Assembly (NCBI GenBank): GCA_051532035.1
Contig: JAOPTW010000047.1
Span: 1 to 64,000 of the forward strand
Source of the DNA: Fibrobacterales bacterium
GTDB lineage: Bacteria > Fibrobacterota > Fibrobacteria > Fibrobacterales > JAOPTW01
DNA: 64,000 bases
Direction: 5' to 3'
The translations under genes were made by a program, and so were the position numbers. Shown piece by piece: positions 39,859-50,201 of this stretch (the stretch's first letter is position 1; each line of letters opens with the position of its first letter). The notes under the pieces were generated by a model, which saw only the letters and a program-made list of their open reading frames with translations, ran no database searches and was not told the origin of the DNA.

Positions 39859-40494
39859 ATGATACCTTTTGCAACCTTTGTCGCCTTTGACCTTGAAACT
39901 ACTGGACTTGATGCCGCACGCAATAAAATCATTGAAGTAGCAGGGGTAAAGTTTACTCTCGAAGTTAAAAAAGACACCATCATTGCAAAAACTATCGGCA
40001 CCTACGAATCACTCGTTAAACCAACCATGCACATTCCTGAAGAGGCGACCCAGATCAATGGCATCAGTAATGAAGACGTAGAAGATGCACCGGGCATAAC
40101 AGGAGTACTCGCAGACTTTACTAAATTTTGTGGTATCAGCACTATACTTGTCGCACACAATGCTTCATTTGATGCTCGATTTCTCCAATCAGAATTAGCA
40201 GAGAACAACCTGCCCCTCATAAAAAACCCTATCGTCGACAGCTTGGCAATTTCTAAAAAGATAATGCCAGAGTCCCCTTCGCACAAACTGGGTAATCTTG
40301 CAAAACGCCTCAGAAGACAGATGAATATCACCCTCGACTCTGAAAATCTACACCGAGCTCTTTATGACTGTGAAATTCTTAGGGAAGTTTTTGTAGCAAT
40401 TCTCAGAAAACGTTTTAAACAGACCGACCTTCAGATGGACACCTTTTTTCAATCAATGGAAAAAATTGGAGTATCCGTTAACTACCTTAAATGA
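39859..40494 (+). CDS. DEDDh 3'-5' exonuclease (DnaQ-like)
   Basis: FDLETTG, VAHNASFD, HRALYD. Confidence 0.9.
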   Translation: MIPFATFVAFDLETTGLDAARNKIIEVAGVKFTLEVKKDTIIAKTIGTYESLVKPTMHIPEEATQINGISNEDVEDAPGITGVLADFTKFCGISTILVAHNASFDARFLQSELAENNLPLIKNPIVDSLAISKKIMPESPSHKLGNLAKRLRRQMNITLDSENLHRALYDCEILREVFVAILRKRFKQTDLQMDTFFQSMEKIGVSVNYLK

Positions 40495-40510
40495 TAGATA
40501 TCACCCCATA

Positions 40511-42049
40511 CTAAAAGAGTACATTGGGTCGAAACACAAAGGTCCAACCAGTCCCTTCGACCTCTTGTTTCAGACTCCCTTCATAACCGGCTGTTCGAAT
40601 TTGTAACGCCCCTAGTGAAAGAGAGAGAACATAATCCCCATCAAAGATGGGGATCTTTTTACCAAAAACAAGGGTAAACTGTGTTGCTCTCAAAAAATCA
40701 TCCATCAGAACATCAAGGCGCACCTCTTGATCTGAATTTTTGAGTGAGAAAAAATCACTATTATCTTTATCAGTTCTATCACGTTTTAATGAGACAAACA
40801 AAGTATTGTTTATTTCATCGTGAGAGTGAACCTTACCACCTACTCTAAAACTAAATGAAATTTGTTTCATCTCACTCAAATCAGCACCCTTCATTTTTGC
40901 TTCGAGCTCAAGCCAATCATCTCTCACATATTTACTATTGACAATATGCAGTGGTCCATAATTTATCAGTCCTCCACCAAAACCCTGACCAGTGATAGCA
41001 CCAGTTTTTCTCACACCACTAAACACCCGGTTCCCCAAGAAGAGCGAGAGGGCACCTGCATCCGGAAACCCAGCTGTAACCGATGTGATCAGTGGTCCAT
41101 ACCAAGAATTATCATATCCATCTTTGTCAGTATGCTTCTTCTTGACATAGACACCTATATTCGGAAATGGATTCACACTTAATTGTAGGGTCACAAATTT
41201 GGGAAAAATAAAGTTCTTGCCCAGATAGCCATAGACACCCTCTTCTTCACCAGCTTCTAACACTGTTGGTGCAGTAAAGAGTTTTCCAAAACCCAGAAAA
41301 GTAAAGTATGGGTTGAGTTCATAATCAAATGTAAAGGTTCTTGCAGAATCAAGAGGCATACTACCGACCGGTTTAAACCCCTGAGCCTTTTGAAGGGTCT
41401 CCTCTATTTTGACAATATCCGTTTCGGAATACCCTTGAAAAAGTAATGCCTCACGGACCGAAGCAGGAATAGAGTCATTCTCTCCTAAGGAAGGCTGTAC
41501 TTTGAGCATCTGTAACTGCTTTTCATACTGCATAATATCAGAATCTTGATACCCCTGAGAGCGCAGTAACTCTTTATCACTCTCTTTAAGAGTACCATCT
41601 GGGCCCAACTGAGGAGGCTCACTATATTGGGGCTGAACCTGTTGCCCTTGCAACATCTCTTCATACTGTGCAATTTGTGCCGGGGTCACCCCTTGCAATG
41701 TGAGCATCTCACGACTCTGCTCAGAAAAAGTCCCATCTTCTTCGAGGGGAGGAATAATCAACTCGTCATCATCATCGTCGTCATCATCGTCGTCATCGTC
41801 CTCATCATCTTCACCTGAATCAGTTTGATCACTCTCTTCATCTTCCGAAGAGGCCTCATTCATTGCAACGAGTAAATTCTGTCCATCGACTGCAATTTGC
41901 TCCTGAGAGAAACCCGCTGACTCAAGCATAAACAATTCTGCAGCAGAAAGGAGTGATGCGCCATTATCAACAACGCTCTCTTGTGCAGAAAGTTTCGTCA
42001 TGAGTAAAACTAAGATGAAAAAGTGTAAACGAAGAGAAGATAGTACCAT
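40511..42049 (-). CDS. Secreted/outer-membrane hypothetical protein with a poly-Asp tract and internal repeats
   Basis: Signal peptide; poly-Asp run; three about 35-aa repeats; beta-strand-rich C-terminal half ending in F. Confidence 0.7.
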   Translation of the reverse strand: MVLSSLRLHFFILVLLMTKLSAQESVVDNGASLLSAAELFMLESAGFSQEQIAVDGQNLLVAMNEASSEDEESDQTDSGEDDEDDDDDDDDDDDDELIIPPLEEDGTFSEQSREMLTLQGVTPAQIAQYEEMLQGQQVQPQYSEPPQLGPDGTLKESDKELLRSQGYQDSDIMQYEKQLQMLKVQPSLGENDSIPASVREALLFQGYSETDIVKIEETLQKAQGFKPVGSMPLDSARTFTFDYELNPYFTFLGFGKLFTAPTVLEAGEEEGVYGYLGKNFIFPKFVTLQLSVNPFPNIGVYVKKKHTDKDGYDNSWYGPLITSVTAGFPDAGALSLFLGNRVFSGVRKTGAITGQGFGGGLINYGPLHIVNSKYVRDDWLELEAKMKGADLSEMKQISFSFRVGGKVHSHDEINNTLFVSLKRDRTDKDNSDFFSLKNSDQEVRLDVLMDDFLRATQFTLVFGKKIPIFDGDYVLSLSLGALQIRTAGYEGSLKQEVEGTGWTFVFRPNVLF

Positions 42050-42095
42050 ACAAGACTCAAAAGACAGTGTTTTGAATATGATACCATTAAAACGA

Positions 42096-42129
42096 GAAAA
42101 AGGTATGAGAAGTTTATCTCATACCTTTT
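42096..42129 (-). terminator. Terminator after rpmB
   Basis: AAAAAGGTATGAGA...TCTCATACCTTTT. Confidence 0.75.
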
Positions 42130-42156
42130 AAGAATTCATTAACAACAATGTATTAA

Positions 42157-42378
42157 CTATACACCAATTTCTTTTGCTACTGCAGCAATACCTTTTTTAT
42201 TGATAGTTCTAATTCCTGCAGCACTTACTTTAAGAGTCACCCATCTGTCTTCTTCTGGGATATAAAACTTCTTTCTGTGCAAATTAGGCTGTTGCTTCAT
42301 CAGCTGTTTGCGCTGAGAGTGAGAAACCATGTTCCCAACTAATCCAGTTTTGCCTGTAACGTCGCATTTGCGGCTCAT
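42157..42378 (-). CDS. rpmB: 50S ribosomal protein L28
   Basis: MSRKCDVTGK...GNMVSHS...PNL...LKVSAAGIRTINKKG; AGGAG RBS before the ATG at 42378. Confidence 0.97.
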   Translation of the reverse strand: MSRKCDVTGKTGLVGNMVSHSQRKQLMKQQPNLHRKKFYIPEEDRWVTLKVSAAGIRTINKKGIAAVAKEIGV

Positions 42379-42528
42379 AATAATCTCCTTGACTTTGCAG
42401 GACAATGATAATAACAAATCAAAGGTTTGCCAATGGTTTCAAAGGTAAAACAATTGTTATTTTTACTAAAAATTATATTATTACAAAAAATCAGGCTCAA
42501 AGTGGGCCAAATGAAAGGGATTTCTCCA

Positions 42529-43869
42529 ATGTCTATGTTAATGCGTTCTATTTCTGGTATCCGTGGTGTCGTTGGCGACACCCTCAATCCTCAAGTTATG
42601 ACCAAATACACCAATGCTTTTATTCAAGTAACCAAGGCAAAAAAAATTGTTATTGGTCGTGATAGCCGCCCTACTGGCGAACACTATGAACGCATCGTTG
42701 CCTCCGCCTGTGAAGCAATGGGTGTTGATGTGATCATGCTCGGTATCTCGTCGACACCTACCGTTGAGATGGCAGTTGTAAAAGAAGGCGCCGATGGAGG
42801 CATCGTTATAACTGCAAGCCACAATCCCGTTGAGTGGAACGCCCTAAAACTTCTAAAACATGATGGTACTTTTCTAGTTCAAGAAGAAATTGAGCAACTT
42901 TTTGACATAGTCGACAATGGTGAATCTGTCTGGACCGATTATACACGCCTTGGTACGTCGTCCCATTCAACAGATACTGATGCCTATCATATTCAAAAAA
43001 CACTCGAGCTCCCTTTTATAGACCTTGAGCTCATTAAGTCCAAAAAATTTAAAGTAGCCTTTGATGGGGTAAATGCTGCCGGTTCATACATCATTCCTGC
43101 CCTCCTCAAAGAGCTTGGCTGTGAAACCTACTCTATATATACCGAACCCGACGGCACCTTCCCTCGTGGCCCAGAACCTACCCCCGAGAACTTAACTGAC
43201 CTTGAAGTACTGGTTAAAGCCAATGGCTGTGCAGTTGGATTCGCCACAGATCCAGATGCAGACCGCTGTGCGCTTGTTAGCGAAAAAGGACGTGCCGTGG
43301 GTGAAGAGTACACCCTTGCTATAGCCACCGACCTTGTGTGTACGCACAAAAAGGGCCCTGTAACGGTAAACCTCTCTACAAGCCGAATGAATAATGATAT
43401 TGCAGCCAAGCATGGTCGCGAACTGATTCGCTCTAAAGTGGGTGAAATCAATGTCAGCACCGCAATGAAAGCCAATGGAAGTGCTATTGGTGGTGAAGGC
43501 AATGGTGGCGTTATCTTACCTGACCTTCATTATGGACGTGATGCCATTGTTTCTGTCGCCCTTGTTCTACAGTGGATGGCAGAGAACGACAAAACAATTG
43601 AAGATTTTGTTGCATCTACTCCCGCCTATGTAATGGCAAAACATAAAATAGCACGCCCCGAAGGTTCAATTCAAGAGATCTATGACTCACTCGCAGAGAC
43701 TTTTAAAGATCAAAATCTTGATACACAAGATGGCGTTTGGATTGACCATGGTAATGCATGGGTGCATGTACGCGCCTCAAATACAGAGCCTATTCTCAGG
43801 CTGATGAGTGAAGCCCCTACGGCAGAACAAGCTGAAGCACTCTGTAAACAGATAGAAGAGGCAATGTAG
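42529..43869 (+). CDS. glmM: Phosphoglucosamine mutase (phosphohexomutase family)
   Basis: SISGIRG, ITASHNP phosphoserine loop, DPDADR metal loop, GGEGNGG, RASNTEP. Substrate specificity (GlmM vs PMM/PGM) is inferred. Confidence 0.8.
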   Translation: MSMLMRSISGIRGVVGDTLNPQVMTKYTNAFIQVTKAKKIVIGRDSRPTGEHYERIVASACEAMGVDVIMLGISSTPTVEMAVVKEGADGGIVITASHNPVEWNALKLLKHDGTFLVQEEIEQLFDIVDNGESVWTDYTRLGTSSHSTDTDAYHIQKTLELPFIDLELIKSKKFKVAFDGVNAAGSYIIPALLKELGCETYSIYTEPDGTFPRGPEPTPENLTDLEVLVKANGCAVGFATDPDADRCALVSEKGRAVGEEYTLAIATDLVCTHKKGPVTVNLSTSRMNNDIAAKHGRELIRSKVGEINVSTAMKANGSAIGGEGNGGVILPDLHYGRDAIVSVALVLQWMAENDKTIEDFVASTPAYVMAKHKIARPEGSIQEIYDSLAETFKDQNLDTQDGVWIDHGNAWVHVRASNTEPILRLMSEAPTAEQAEALCKQIEEAM

Positions 43870-43889
43870 TTTCAACACCCAACTTTACA

Positions 43890-43926
43890 TAAAAAAGGCC
43901 TTAAAACAACTTTTAAGGCCTTTTTT
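43890..43926. terminator. Bidirectional terminator
   Basis: AAAAAAGGCCTTAAAA...TTTTAAGGCCTTTTTT. Confidence 0.85.
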
Positions 43927-43995
43927 AGTATCAATATGAATGTCCAACCCATTTAAATGATCGTCATATCCTAGCAAATCAACATATATCCTCTA

Positions 43996-46536
43996 TTATC
44001 CTTCATCATCAGCTACAGTATGATGCACATCATACTTAAAGAGCATCGCAGGAAGCAGTATAAAATCAGCGAAGAGCGCTAAGGTGATCACTGCAGAACA
44101 AAGCATTCCCATGTTAGAATTAATAGAGAACTGGGAAATCACCAATACACCAAACCCAACAATAAGAATAATTGAAGTAAAAAAGAGTGGGCGGCCCACA
44201 TTCTGGAATGTCCATGATATTGCCTCATGAGTATTTTTACCTGCATATTTAGCATCGATATATTTAACTAAAAAATGCACCGTATCATCAACGGCAATTC
44301 CCAATGTGATCATTCCAACTATCGCAACTGAGAGGTCAACAACATACCCCGACATACCCACAACACCAAACAAAACAACCAGTGGCCACACGTTTGGCAC
44401 CATACTAAAAAGTGCAATTTTCCATGATCGAAACGTTAACGCAAGAGTCAAAGTAATAAGAATTAATGAAATCATTAGGCTCTTCAACATTCCTGGAATA
44501 GCCTTATTCATTAAATTACCAAACATTACCGGAACACCAATTGCTGACGCTCGCACTTCTGGCATTTCTCTTTCAAGCCATGCATTAAGTGAGTCTGCAA
44601 CGGCTATTTGTTCTGAAGAAGGAATTGAGGTTTGAAAGGCTGTAACTCTCGCGAAGCGTTCATCAATACTTCTTTGATTATTCAGGTCCATCCCCTGAGG
44701 CAATGAGAGAGAGTAGAGCATAAGGTATTGAGCAATAAGCCTCCGTGCCGACAGAGTATCCCCTGGAGCGAGTACCGAATCTTTATCAGGAATCGAGAAA
44801 AAGTCATCCTGATTCCCATGCAACGTTTTATTCAGTCGTTTTACCACATCTACAATACTCGCTACATAGGTAATGTTATATTCAGGATGCGAATCAATAT
44901 AGTCAGAAAATTTTTCAATTTTTTTCAAAAATTCTGGACCATTAACACCATTCTCTTCTCCCGAGTCAAAACTAAACTCTATAGGATTAGTACCAATGAT
45001 GTTCTCATCAATATACTCAGTAGCTGCCCTAAACTCTGTGCCTTCTTTAAAATATTTAATAGAATTACTATCAATGATGATAGTTGTAAGAAAATAGACA
45101 CTTACCACCGTGAGAATCAGTGACGAAAGACGAATTGCACGCTGGTACTTAAAAGTAAAGGGTTCAAGTTTACTGAGAAGGCTATACACAGAATCTTTTT
45201 TCTGAGCTTTTTCAACAGTTTTTGCCTTAGCCTTAATGGGGAGCACAGCAAGCAACGCAGGCATGGTGAACAGTGAAGCAAAAAAGGCATAGAGTGTACC
45301 GGTTCCTGCAAAAAGTCCAAGGTCTTGAAAGGGAGGGATCTCTTGAGCAACAAGCGAAAAGAACCCAATAGCCGTTGTAACCGAGGTAATCAAACACGCC
45401 ATAAAATTTTTCTGAATCGTAATTCGTATGGCCTCGTACTTTGATTTACCAAGTCTTAAATTGCGATAAAAAACAGAAAGTACATGTACTGAATCGGCAA
45501 TTGCAACTGCTGTTAAAATCTGCATAGTATTCATTGTTACATTCGTAAGAGAGTACTCCAAAACACCAACAAAAAGTAGTATCGGAAACATAACTGAAGT
45601 AACTAATACCCCAAGTGGTAAAAAGGTACCCCAAAACGATTTCAACGTGAGCGCAAGTACCACAAAAATAAATATGAACATTATCGGTATAAGGCTACTG
45701 ATATCTTTCATCGCAAACTCAAAAAAGCTTGAATTAAGCATTACTGTTCCACTTAATTTTATCTCTAGGTCATTATTGGCTTGGGTAATCTGAGCGACTA
45801 ACTTTTCTGCACTCGCTCGCGCTTCTTCAAACCCCTGTGGAAAGGCCCCAGGAATAATAGCAGTCAAAGAAATTTGGGTAAGGTCACCGGACTTTGAAAT
45901 CATATATTTCGAAAGAATATTATCATTTAAAACCAAAGCTTTTTTGTCTTTCAATTCATTTGCCGAAAGAGGAAGTGACTCAATCACATCTTCTACAACC
46001 AAATTATCTTCAGCAGACTCTTCTTCTTCATCGTCAAAGATCAAATCTGCATCTATAGGTTCTTCATCAACAATTTCTTGACCGACATAGGTGTAATTAA
46101 AATTGGTAATACTTTGAACTCGACTAATATAAGGAACACTCCACGAATCATCCGTTAATTTTTTTAGTGATGCAAGGTTTTCATTCGTAAACAAATCACC
46201 AGACTTTGAACGAATAACAATAAGCAATTGATCTTCTTTTGCAAATACTTTTTGGAAACGATCAAATGCGTTGAGATTCTCATCATGGTCGTCAAACCAA
46301 ACATGATAATCTGAATTCATAATTGGGCTCGGCGCTACATGACTACTATCGAACACCAAAGGGTTATTCCTCAGTTCTGTCATATAGGCAACATGCTCCT
46401 GAGCCTTTTGCGCCCGGCCTCCCATGAAACTAAAGAGCACCCCTATCAGTACTATATTTAGAGCTATAATAGCCCAACGATTTTTAATGACAAAGTCTGC
46501 AATACGATTAACAAACTGTACTACTCCATCATGCAT
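43996..46536 (-). CDS. MMPL/RND-superfamily lipid exporter
   Basis: Duplicated halves with AIADSVH / TSVTTAIGF and GIAVDDTVHF / TSIILIVGF. Confidence 0.92.
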   Translation of the reverse strand: MHDGVVQFVNRIADFVIKNRWAIIALNIVLIGVLFSFMGGRAQKAQEHVAYMTELRNNPLVFDSSHVAPSPIMNSDYHVWFDDHDENLNAFDRFQKVFAKEDQLLIVIRSKSGDLFTNENLASLKKLTDDSWSVPYISRVQSITNFNYTYVGQEIVDEEPIDADLIFDDEEEESAEDNLVVEDVIESLPLSANELKDKKALVLNDNILSKYMISKSGDLTQISLTAIIPGAFPQGFEEARASAEKLVAQITQANNDLEIKLSGTVMLNSSFFEFAMKDISSLIPIMFIFIFVVLALTLKSFWGTFLPLGVLVTSVMFPILLFVGVLEYSLTNVTMNTMQILTAVAIADSVHVLSVFYRNLRLGKSKYEAIRITIQKNFMACLITSVTTAIGFFSLVAQEIPPFQDLGLFAGTGTLYAFFASLFTMPALLAVLPIKAKAKTVEKAQKKDSVYSLLSKLEPFTFKYQRAIRLSSLILTVVSVYFLTTIIIDSNSIKYFKEGTEFRAATEYIDENIIGTNPIEFSFDSGEENGVNGPEFLKKIEKFSDYIDSHPEYNITYVASIVDVVKRLNKTLHGNQDDFFSIPDKDSVLAPGDTLSARRLIAQYLMLYSLSLPQGMDLNNQRSIDERFARVTAFQTSIPSSEQIAVADSLNAWLEREMPEVRASAIGVPVMFGNLMNKAIPGMLKSLMISLILITLTLALTFRSWKIALFSMVPNVWPLVVLFGVVGMSGYVVDLSVAIVGMITLGIAVDDTVHFLVKYIDAKYAGKNTHEAISWTFQNVGRPLFFTSIILIVGFGVLVISQFSINSNMGMLCSAVITLALFADFILLPAMLFKYDVHHTVADDEG

Positions 46537-46576
46537 TCTTAACTCCTTTCAATGCTATTCCCATTATTGTTTACTA

Positions 46577-47860
46577 TTAAAAGTTCCATTGAACATCGGC
46601 TTCAAGCCGTGCCAAATGTTCTAATTGTTTCATCATACTGACCTCTTCTGCAATAAGTGCCATAGCACCTATCTTCACTGTAAGAAGCTCAAATATTCGT
46701 TCTTGGTATTCTGCAGACATAAGCCACTCATAATTTTCAAAACTTGAAAATACTCCCAATAATAGAGACCTATCAGAAATAGTATTGAAGCTATAGCGAA
46801 CCCCCGTAAAAAGATGATTATTAAAGGGCCTGAAGGCCCCTAATGTAGAAGGGTCTTCCCCCCAATCACTCGTAGCAATTAGTTCTGCTATCAGCCCTAC
46901 ATCTTGGTTATCAAAAAGCAATGCATTAATCGTATACTCAACCCCAGTCGTTGCAGCCTTATAAGAATCAAAATTCTCAGAATCATAAATGGTATTTATA
47001 ATTTCACCTTTTATAAGCCACGCATCGAGCGCCCCCTGGAATGTAAGACCCATTCGATGAATGATCTCATATTTCTGAAGTAATCCCTTTTGTACATCAA
47101 ATGTTGGCAATACATCTCTATCATACCCTTGAAAATAAAAAAGTGAAAAATCAACATCTTCAAATGCAGTCGAAGAGAATCGAATAGCACCTTGAGGGCG
47201 CCACCGCTTCTGAGTCGCCCCATACTCAATTGACTCATACTCATTTGAAAGAGGTAAAACATACCCTCTACTCCCCTGTTGTACATGAGTTGTTGGTGTA
47301 AACCAAGGGAGGTAATAAAACTCCAATGTACTCTCATCTCCAAAGGGAGATATAAACCGAGCGCGTGTTGCTAACTCTCCAATTTTATCTGGATCAAGTA
47401 AATCGTACTGTCGATCAACTTGATTTAAAAAATCAGCCCAGCTCACACTTTCTACAGTTTTCCATGAGAAAATTTGGTACCCCATTCGTAACTCAACGGT
47501 CTCTTGTATTAGGTCAAGATAGAGGTCATCAATAAGGAGCCTGTTTCTCCCTTTGCCCATGAAGTGTACTCCTTTTCTCTCAAAAGAGTCATCAGTAGGG
47601 TCGAATACAAATCGAGGATTGAGCACCAATTCGATGGGAAGCTCCCCAAATTGATAGGTTAAAAAGAGACTTCCTTTTATAGTGGACACAAAATCAGGCT
47701 GATTTTGCCCTGTTTTTTCCTTCGGGTAATACCATTGAAGGTACCCTAGGTTACCACGGTATTGTAGTGAACTTCCAGAGTCAAACTCGATACTTTGACT
47801 CACCCCTTCAGCAATCAAGACAAAGAGGACAATCATACAATAGTGTGCTATTTTATGCAT
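46577..47860 (-). CDS. Outer-membrane beta-barrel protein associated with the MMPL operon
   Basis: Signal peptide; LYLD...ELRMGYQIFSW...DFLN; C-terminal WNF; operon context. Confidence 0.7.
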   Translation of the reverse strand: MHKIAHYCMIVLFVLIAEGVSQSIEFDSGSSLQYRGNLGYLQWYYPKEKTGQNQPDFVSTIKGSLFLTYQFGELPIELVLNPRFVFDPTDDSFERKGVHFMGKGRNRLLIDDLYLDLIQETVELRMGYQIFSWKTVESVSWADFLNQVDRQYDLLDPDKIGELATRARFISPFGDESTLEFYYLPWFTPTTHVQQGSRGYVLPLSNEYESIEYGATQKRWRPQGAIRFSSTAFEDVDFSLFYFQGYDRDVLPTFDVQKGLLQKYEIIHRMGLTFQGALDAWLIKGEIINTIYDSENFDSYKAATTGVEYTINALLFDNQDVGLIAELIATSDWGEDPSTLGAFRPFNNHLFTGVRYSFNTISDRSLLLGVFSSFENYEWLMSAEYQERIFELLTVKIGAMALIAEEVSMMKQLEHLARLEADVQWNF

Positions 47861-47889
47861 ATACTTTTCCTAAAGAGTAATGGTGATAC

Positions 47890-48660
47890 TTAGATTTTTA
47901 ACATGCGCTGCATTGAGCGTTTTGAAAAATCTTTCTTTTTTAAACCATTTTTAAAAGTGCGCTTTGAATAGTCTAAAATACTTTTTTTCTTGTTCTGCAT
48001 ATTCTCCATTTCAATGCGATCAAAACGCCACGTTTTCCCATATTGTTTCCAGCCCATCATGAGCTGTACTTTAAGGAGAGTCTGTTTACGATCAAAAAAT
48101 TCTGCACGCATCATCAAGTGGTTATCTATAGAAAACCATACCTTAACTTTTGAATATCCCGAATTATCGTATGTTGGGACTCGTTCCACTAAATAACACG
48201 GCACGCCATTAAAACTGTCTTCTTTAATGAAGGTGTAACTCCATTTATCGAGCGTATTCCCACTAATATCTTCATAAGAAAACTCGGACCCCATAAACGA
48301 TCCCGACTTATTCTTAGATGATATTTTCTTTACCCGTCTCAGTTCAGGTAGATAGAGCCACTGTTTATCATTCCCTGTTGGATTTTGATACGTTAGCAGA
48401 GAGGTCCCACGAACATCTGCCGGATTTAAAAATTGAATTACTGATAAATCCTTTGAATTATCTCGTTCCATGGTAATACTCGTCATCTTACGCATCACGG
48501 TGTCTCCTGCCGCGTTGATAAGAGTCAGAGTAGAAATGGATTTTTCATCAACAAAATTTCTCTGATTACCATCTGCTTTTTTTGCGATGTCATATCCCTT
48601 ATTGGCCAAGGCTCCCGATACTGCCCCTACAAGTAAAACCATTAATAACACTTTCTTCAT
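47890..48660 (-). CDS. Outer membrane lipoprotein-sorting (LolA-like) protein
   Basis: FLNPADVRGTSLL, QWLYLPELRRVKKI, GSFMGSEFSYED. Confidence 0.92.
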   Translation of the reverse strand: MKKVLLMVLLVGAVSGALANKGYDIAKKADGNQRNFVDEKSISTLTLINAAGDTVMRKMTSITMERDNSKDLSVIQFLNPADVRGTSLLTYQNPTGNDKQWLYLPELRRVKKISSKNKSGSFMGSEFSYEDISGNTLDKWSYTFIKEDSFNGVPCYLVERVPTYDNSGYSKVKVWFSIDNHLMMRAEFFDRKQTLLKVQLMMGWKQYGKTWRFDRIEMENMQNKKKSILDYSKRTFKNGLKKKDFSKRSMQRMLKI

Positions 48661-48671
48661 ACTCTTTCTCC

Positions 48672-49307
48672 TTATGATTTTATTATTCCGTTATAAAATA
48701 TTTCTAACACTGATTCTTTATGCATTGCATAGAATGCTTCGTTTAATTCTAGCCCACAATGATCGAGATGATCACGGTAGAAAGGTTCTGAAAAGAAAAT
48801 ATTCATACACATTCCTTTGAGGTTTATAAAGAGACTCAATGGGTTTATGTTTTTTATGAGCCCTGAATCACTCCATTGTTGGAAAAGACTAAATGCATTC
48901 TCACATTGATTATTACAAGTATCGGATGATTTCTGATAAATCATTTCTAAATACTCCCCACCAGAAGAAAGCTCTCTAAAAAGAATATTTCTCTGACAGG
49001 GGCTCCTATAATAGAGCTCTACTATATAGTCTATGATAGTTTTCAATACTGCCCTGACATCTCCTTTATTTTCAACAGTTTCAAGTCGATCCTTCATACC
49101 CGTCCAGTAATTATTCATCATCTCTTCCAAAATATGAATATACAGCTGTTCCTTTGATCGAAAATAGTAGTGAAGTAACGCCTTATTGACCCCTGCACGT
49201 TCAGCAATACTTTTCATCCTTGCACCATCTATCCCATGGTCACAAAACTCAAGAGCTGCCGCCTCTAGAATTTTAACCTGTGCATCCAATTTTTCACTTC
49301 TAGTCAT
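48672..49307 (-). CDS. TetR/AcrR-family regulator
   Basis: ILEAAALEF..HGIDGARMKSIAERAGVNKALLHYYFRSKEQLY. Confidence 0.95.
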   Translation of the reverse strand: MTRSEKLDAQVKILEAAALEFCDHGIDGARMKSIAERAGVNKALLHYYFRSKEQLYIHILEEMMNNYWTGMKDRLETVENKGDVRAVLKTIIDYIVELYYRSPCQRNILFRELSSGGEYLEMIYQKSSDTCNNQCENAFSLFQQWSDSGLIKNINPLSLFINLKGMCMNIFFSEPFYRDHLDHCGLELNEAFYAMHKESVLEIFYNGIIKS

Positions 49308-49391
49308 AATTTCCCTCTCACTATAAAAACCCTTGTTGTGGGTTATTGAGCCTTTTAAAGCACCTAAAGCTGATTATCCTTACCCATTAAA

Positions 49392-49498
49392 TTAACCAAA
49401 TGGATTAATCAAACGGTTTAACCATGTGGTTAACATTAAAAAACATTCTTGAACGTGTCAAGCCATCTCACTACATTTATTTAACCAGCTGGTTAAAT
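49392..49498. promoter_or_regulatory. Putative TetR operator array (TTAACCA-N2-TGGTTAA)
   Basis: Three overlapping 13-bp-period copies at 49392-49433, plus the perfect palindrome ATTTAACCAGCTGGTTAAAT at 49479-49498. Confidence 0.75.
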
Positions 49499-49643
49499 GC
49501 CACCACAATAAACTCCAACCCCCTTTAAAACAAGGGCCCCCAACTCATTTTACACCTTTGTTATTACTTATTCGCTACCCCCACAGCGGCTTTTGTTTGT
49601 CTATATTATTACTAGACAAATTAACGCGTTGAGGCCGTCTGAA

Positions 49644-49973
49644 ATGAAAATTTTTTATGAGACAGAACAAGGGCGAATAAGCGACTGTAATGACTGTGAT
49701 AAATACAGTATTGAGTTTGGAAACTTGTCTATCTGCATGAACTCACAAGAAATTGCAGATTTCTATACCATGGTTCAAAACACCGACTTTAATCTTACCA
49801 AAGAGAGCGGCGGGTTAAAAGCCGTCTATTACCGATTTAAAGGTGCAGACCTTACCCTTGGGTTTGATCAATCTGAAATACTGGAGCTCCATGATCTACT
49901 GGAGTTTGGCGCATTTTTTATTGCACAAGAAACAAAAACATCCTTGCCCAATTCAGATAACACCAAAATCTAA
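49644..49973 (+). CDS. Small hypothetical protein with CxxC (DUF6686-like)
   Basis: Probable ATG at 49644 after GAGG; GRISDCNDC...IEFGNL. Confidence 0.6.
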   Translation: MKIFYETEQGRISDCNDCDKYSIEFGNLSICMNSQEIADFYTMVQNTDFNLTKESGGLKAVYYRFKGADLTLGFDQSEILELHDLLEFGAFFIAQETKTSLPNSDNTKI

Positions 49974-50201
49974 AACTTTTAACCTGGCTAAAAGGCCGTT
50001 CCCCCAAATCTAGAGGGGCCTTTTTACCTACCCACCCAATTTCTGCCTATTTAACACAGAAGAATTATAAGAACAATATTACTGAATTCATGTCAACAAA
50101 TGTCAACCATATCTCTCTTGTTGATAAACCAATAGCAATTATTTAAAAGTCTTTTAATCTACTTTAAACTGAAACTGGAACAAACACACTGAGGGCTTTT
50201 A

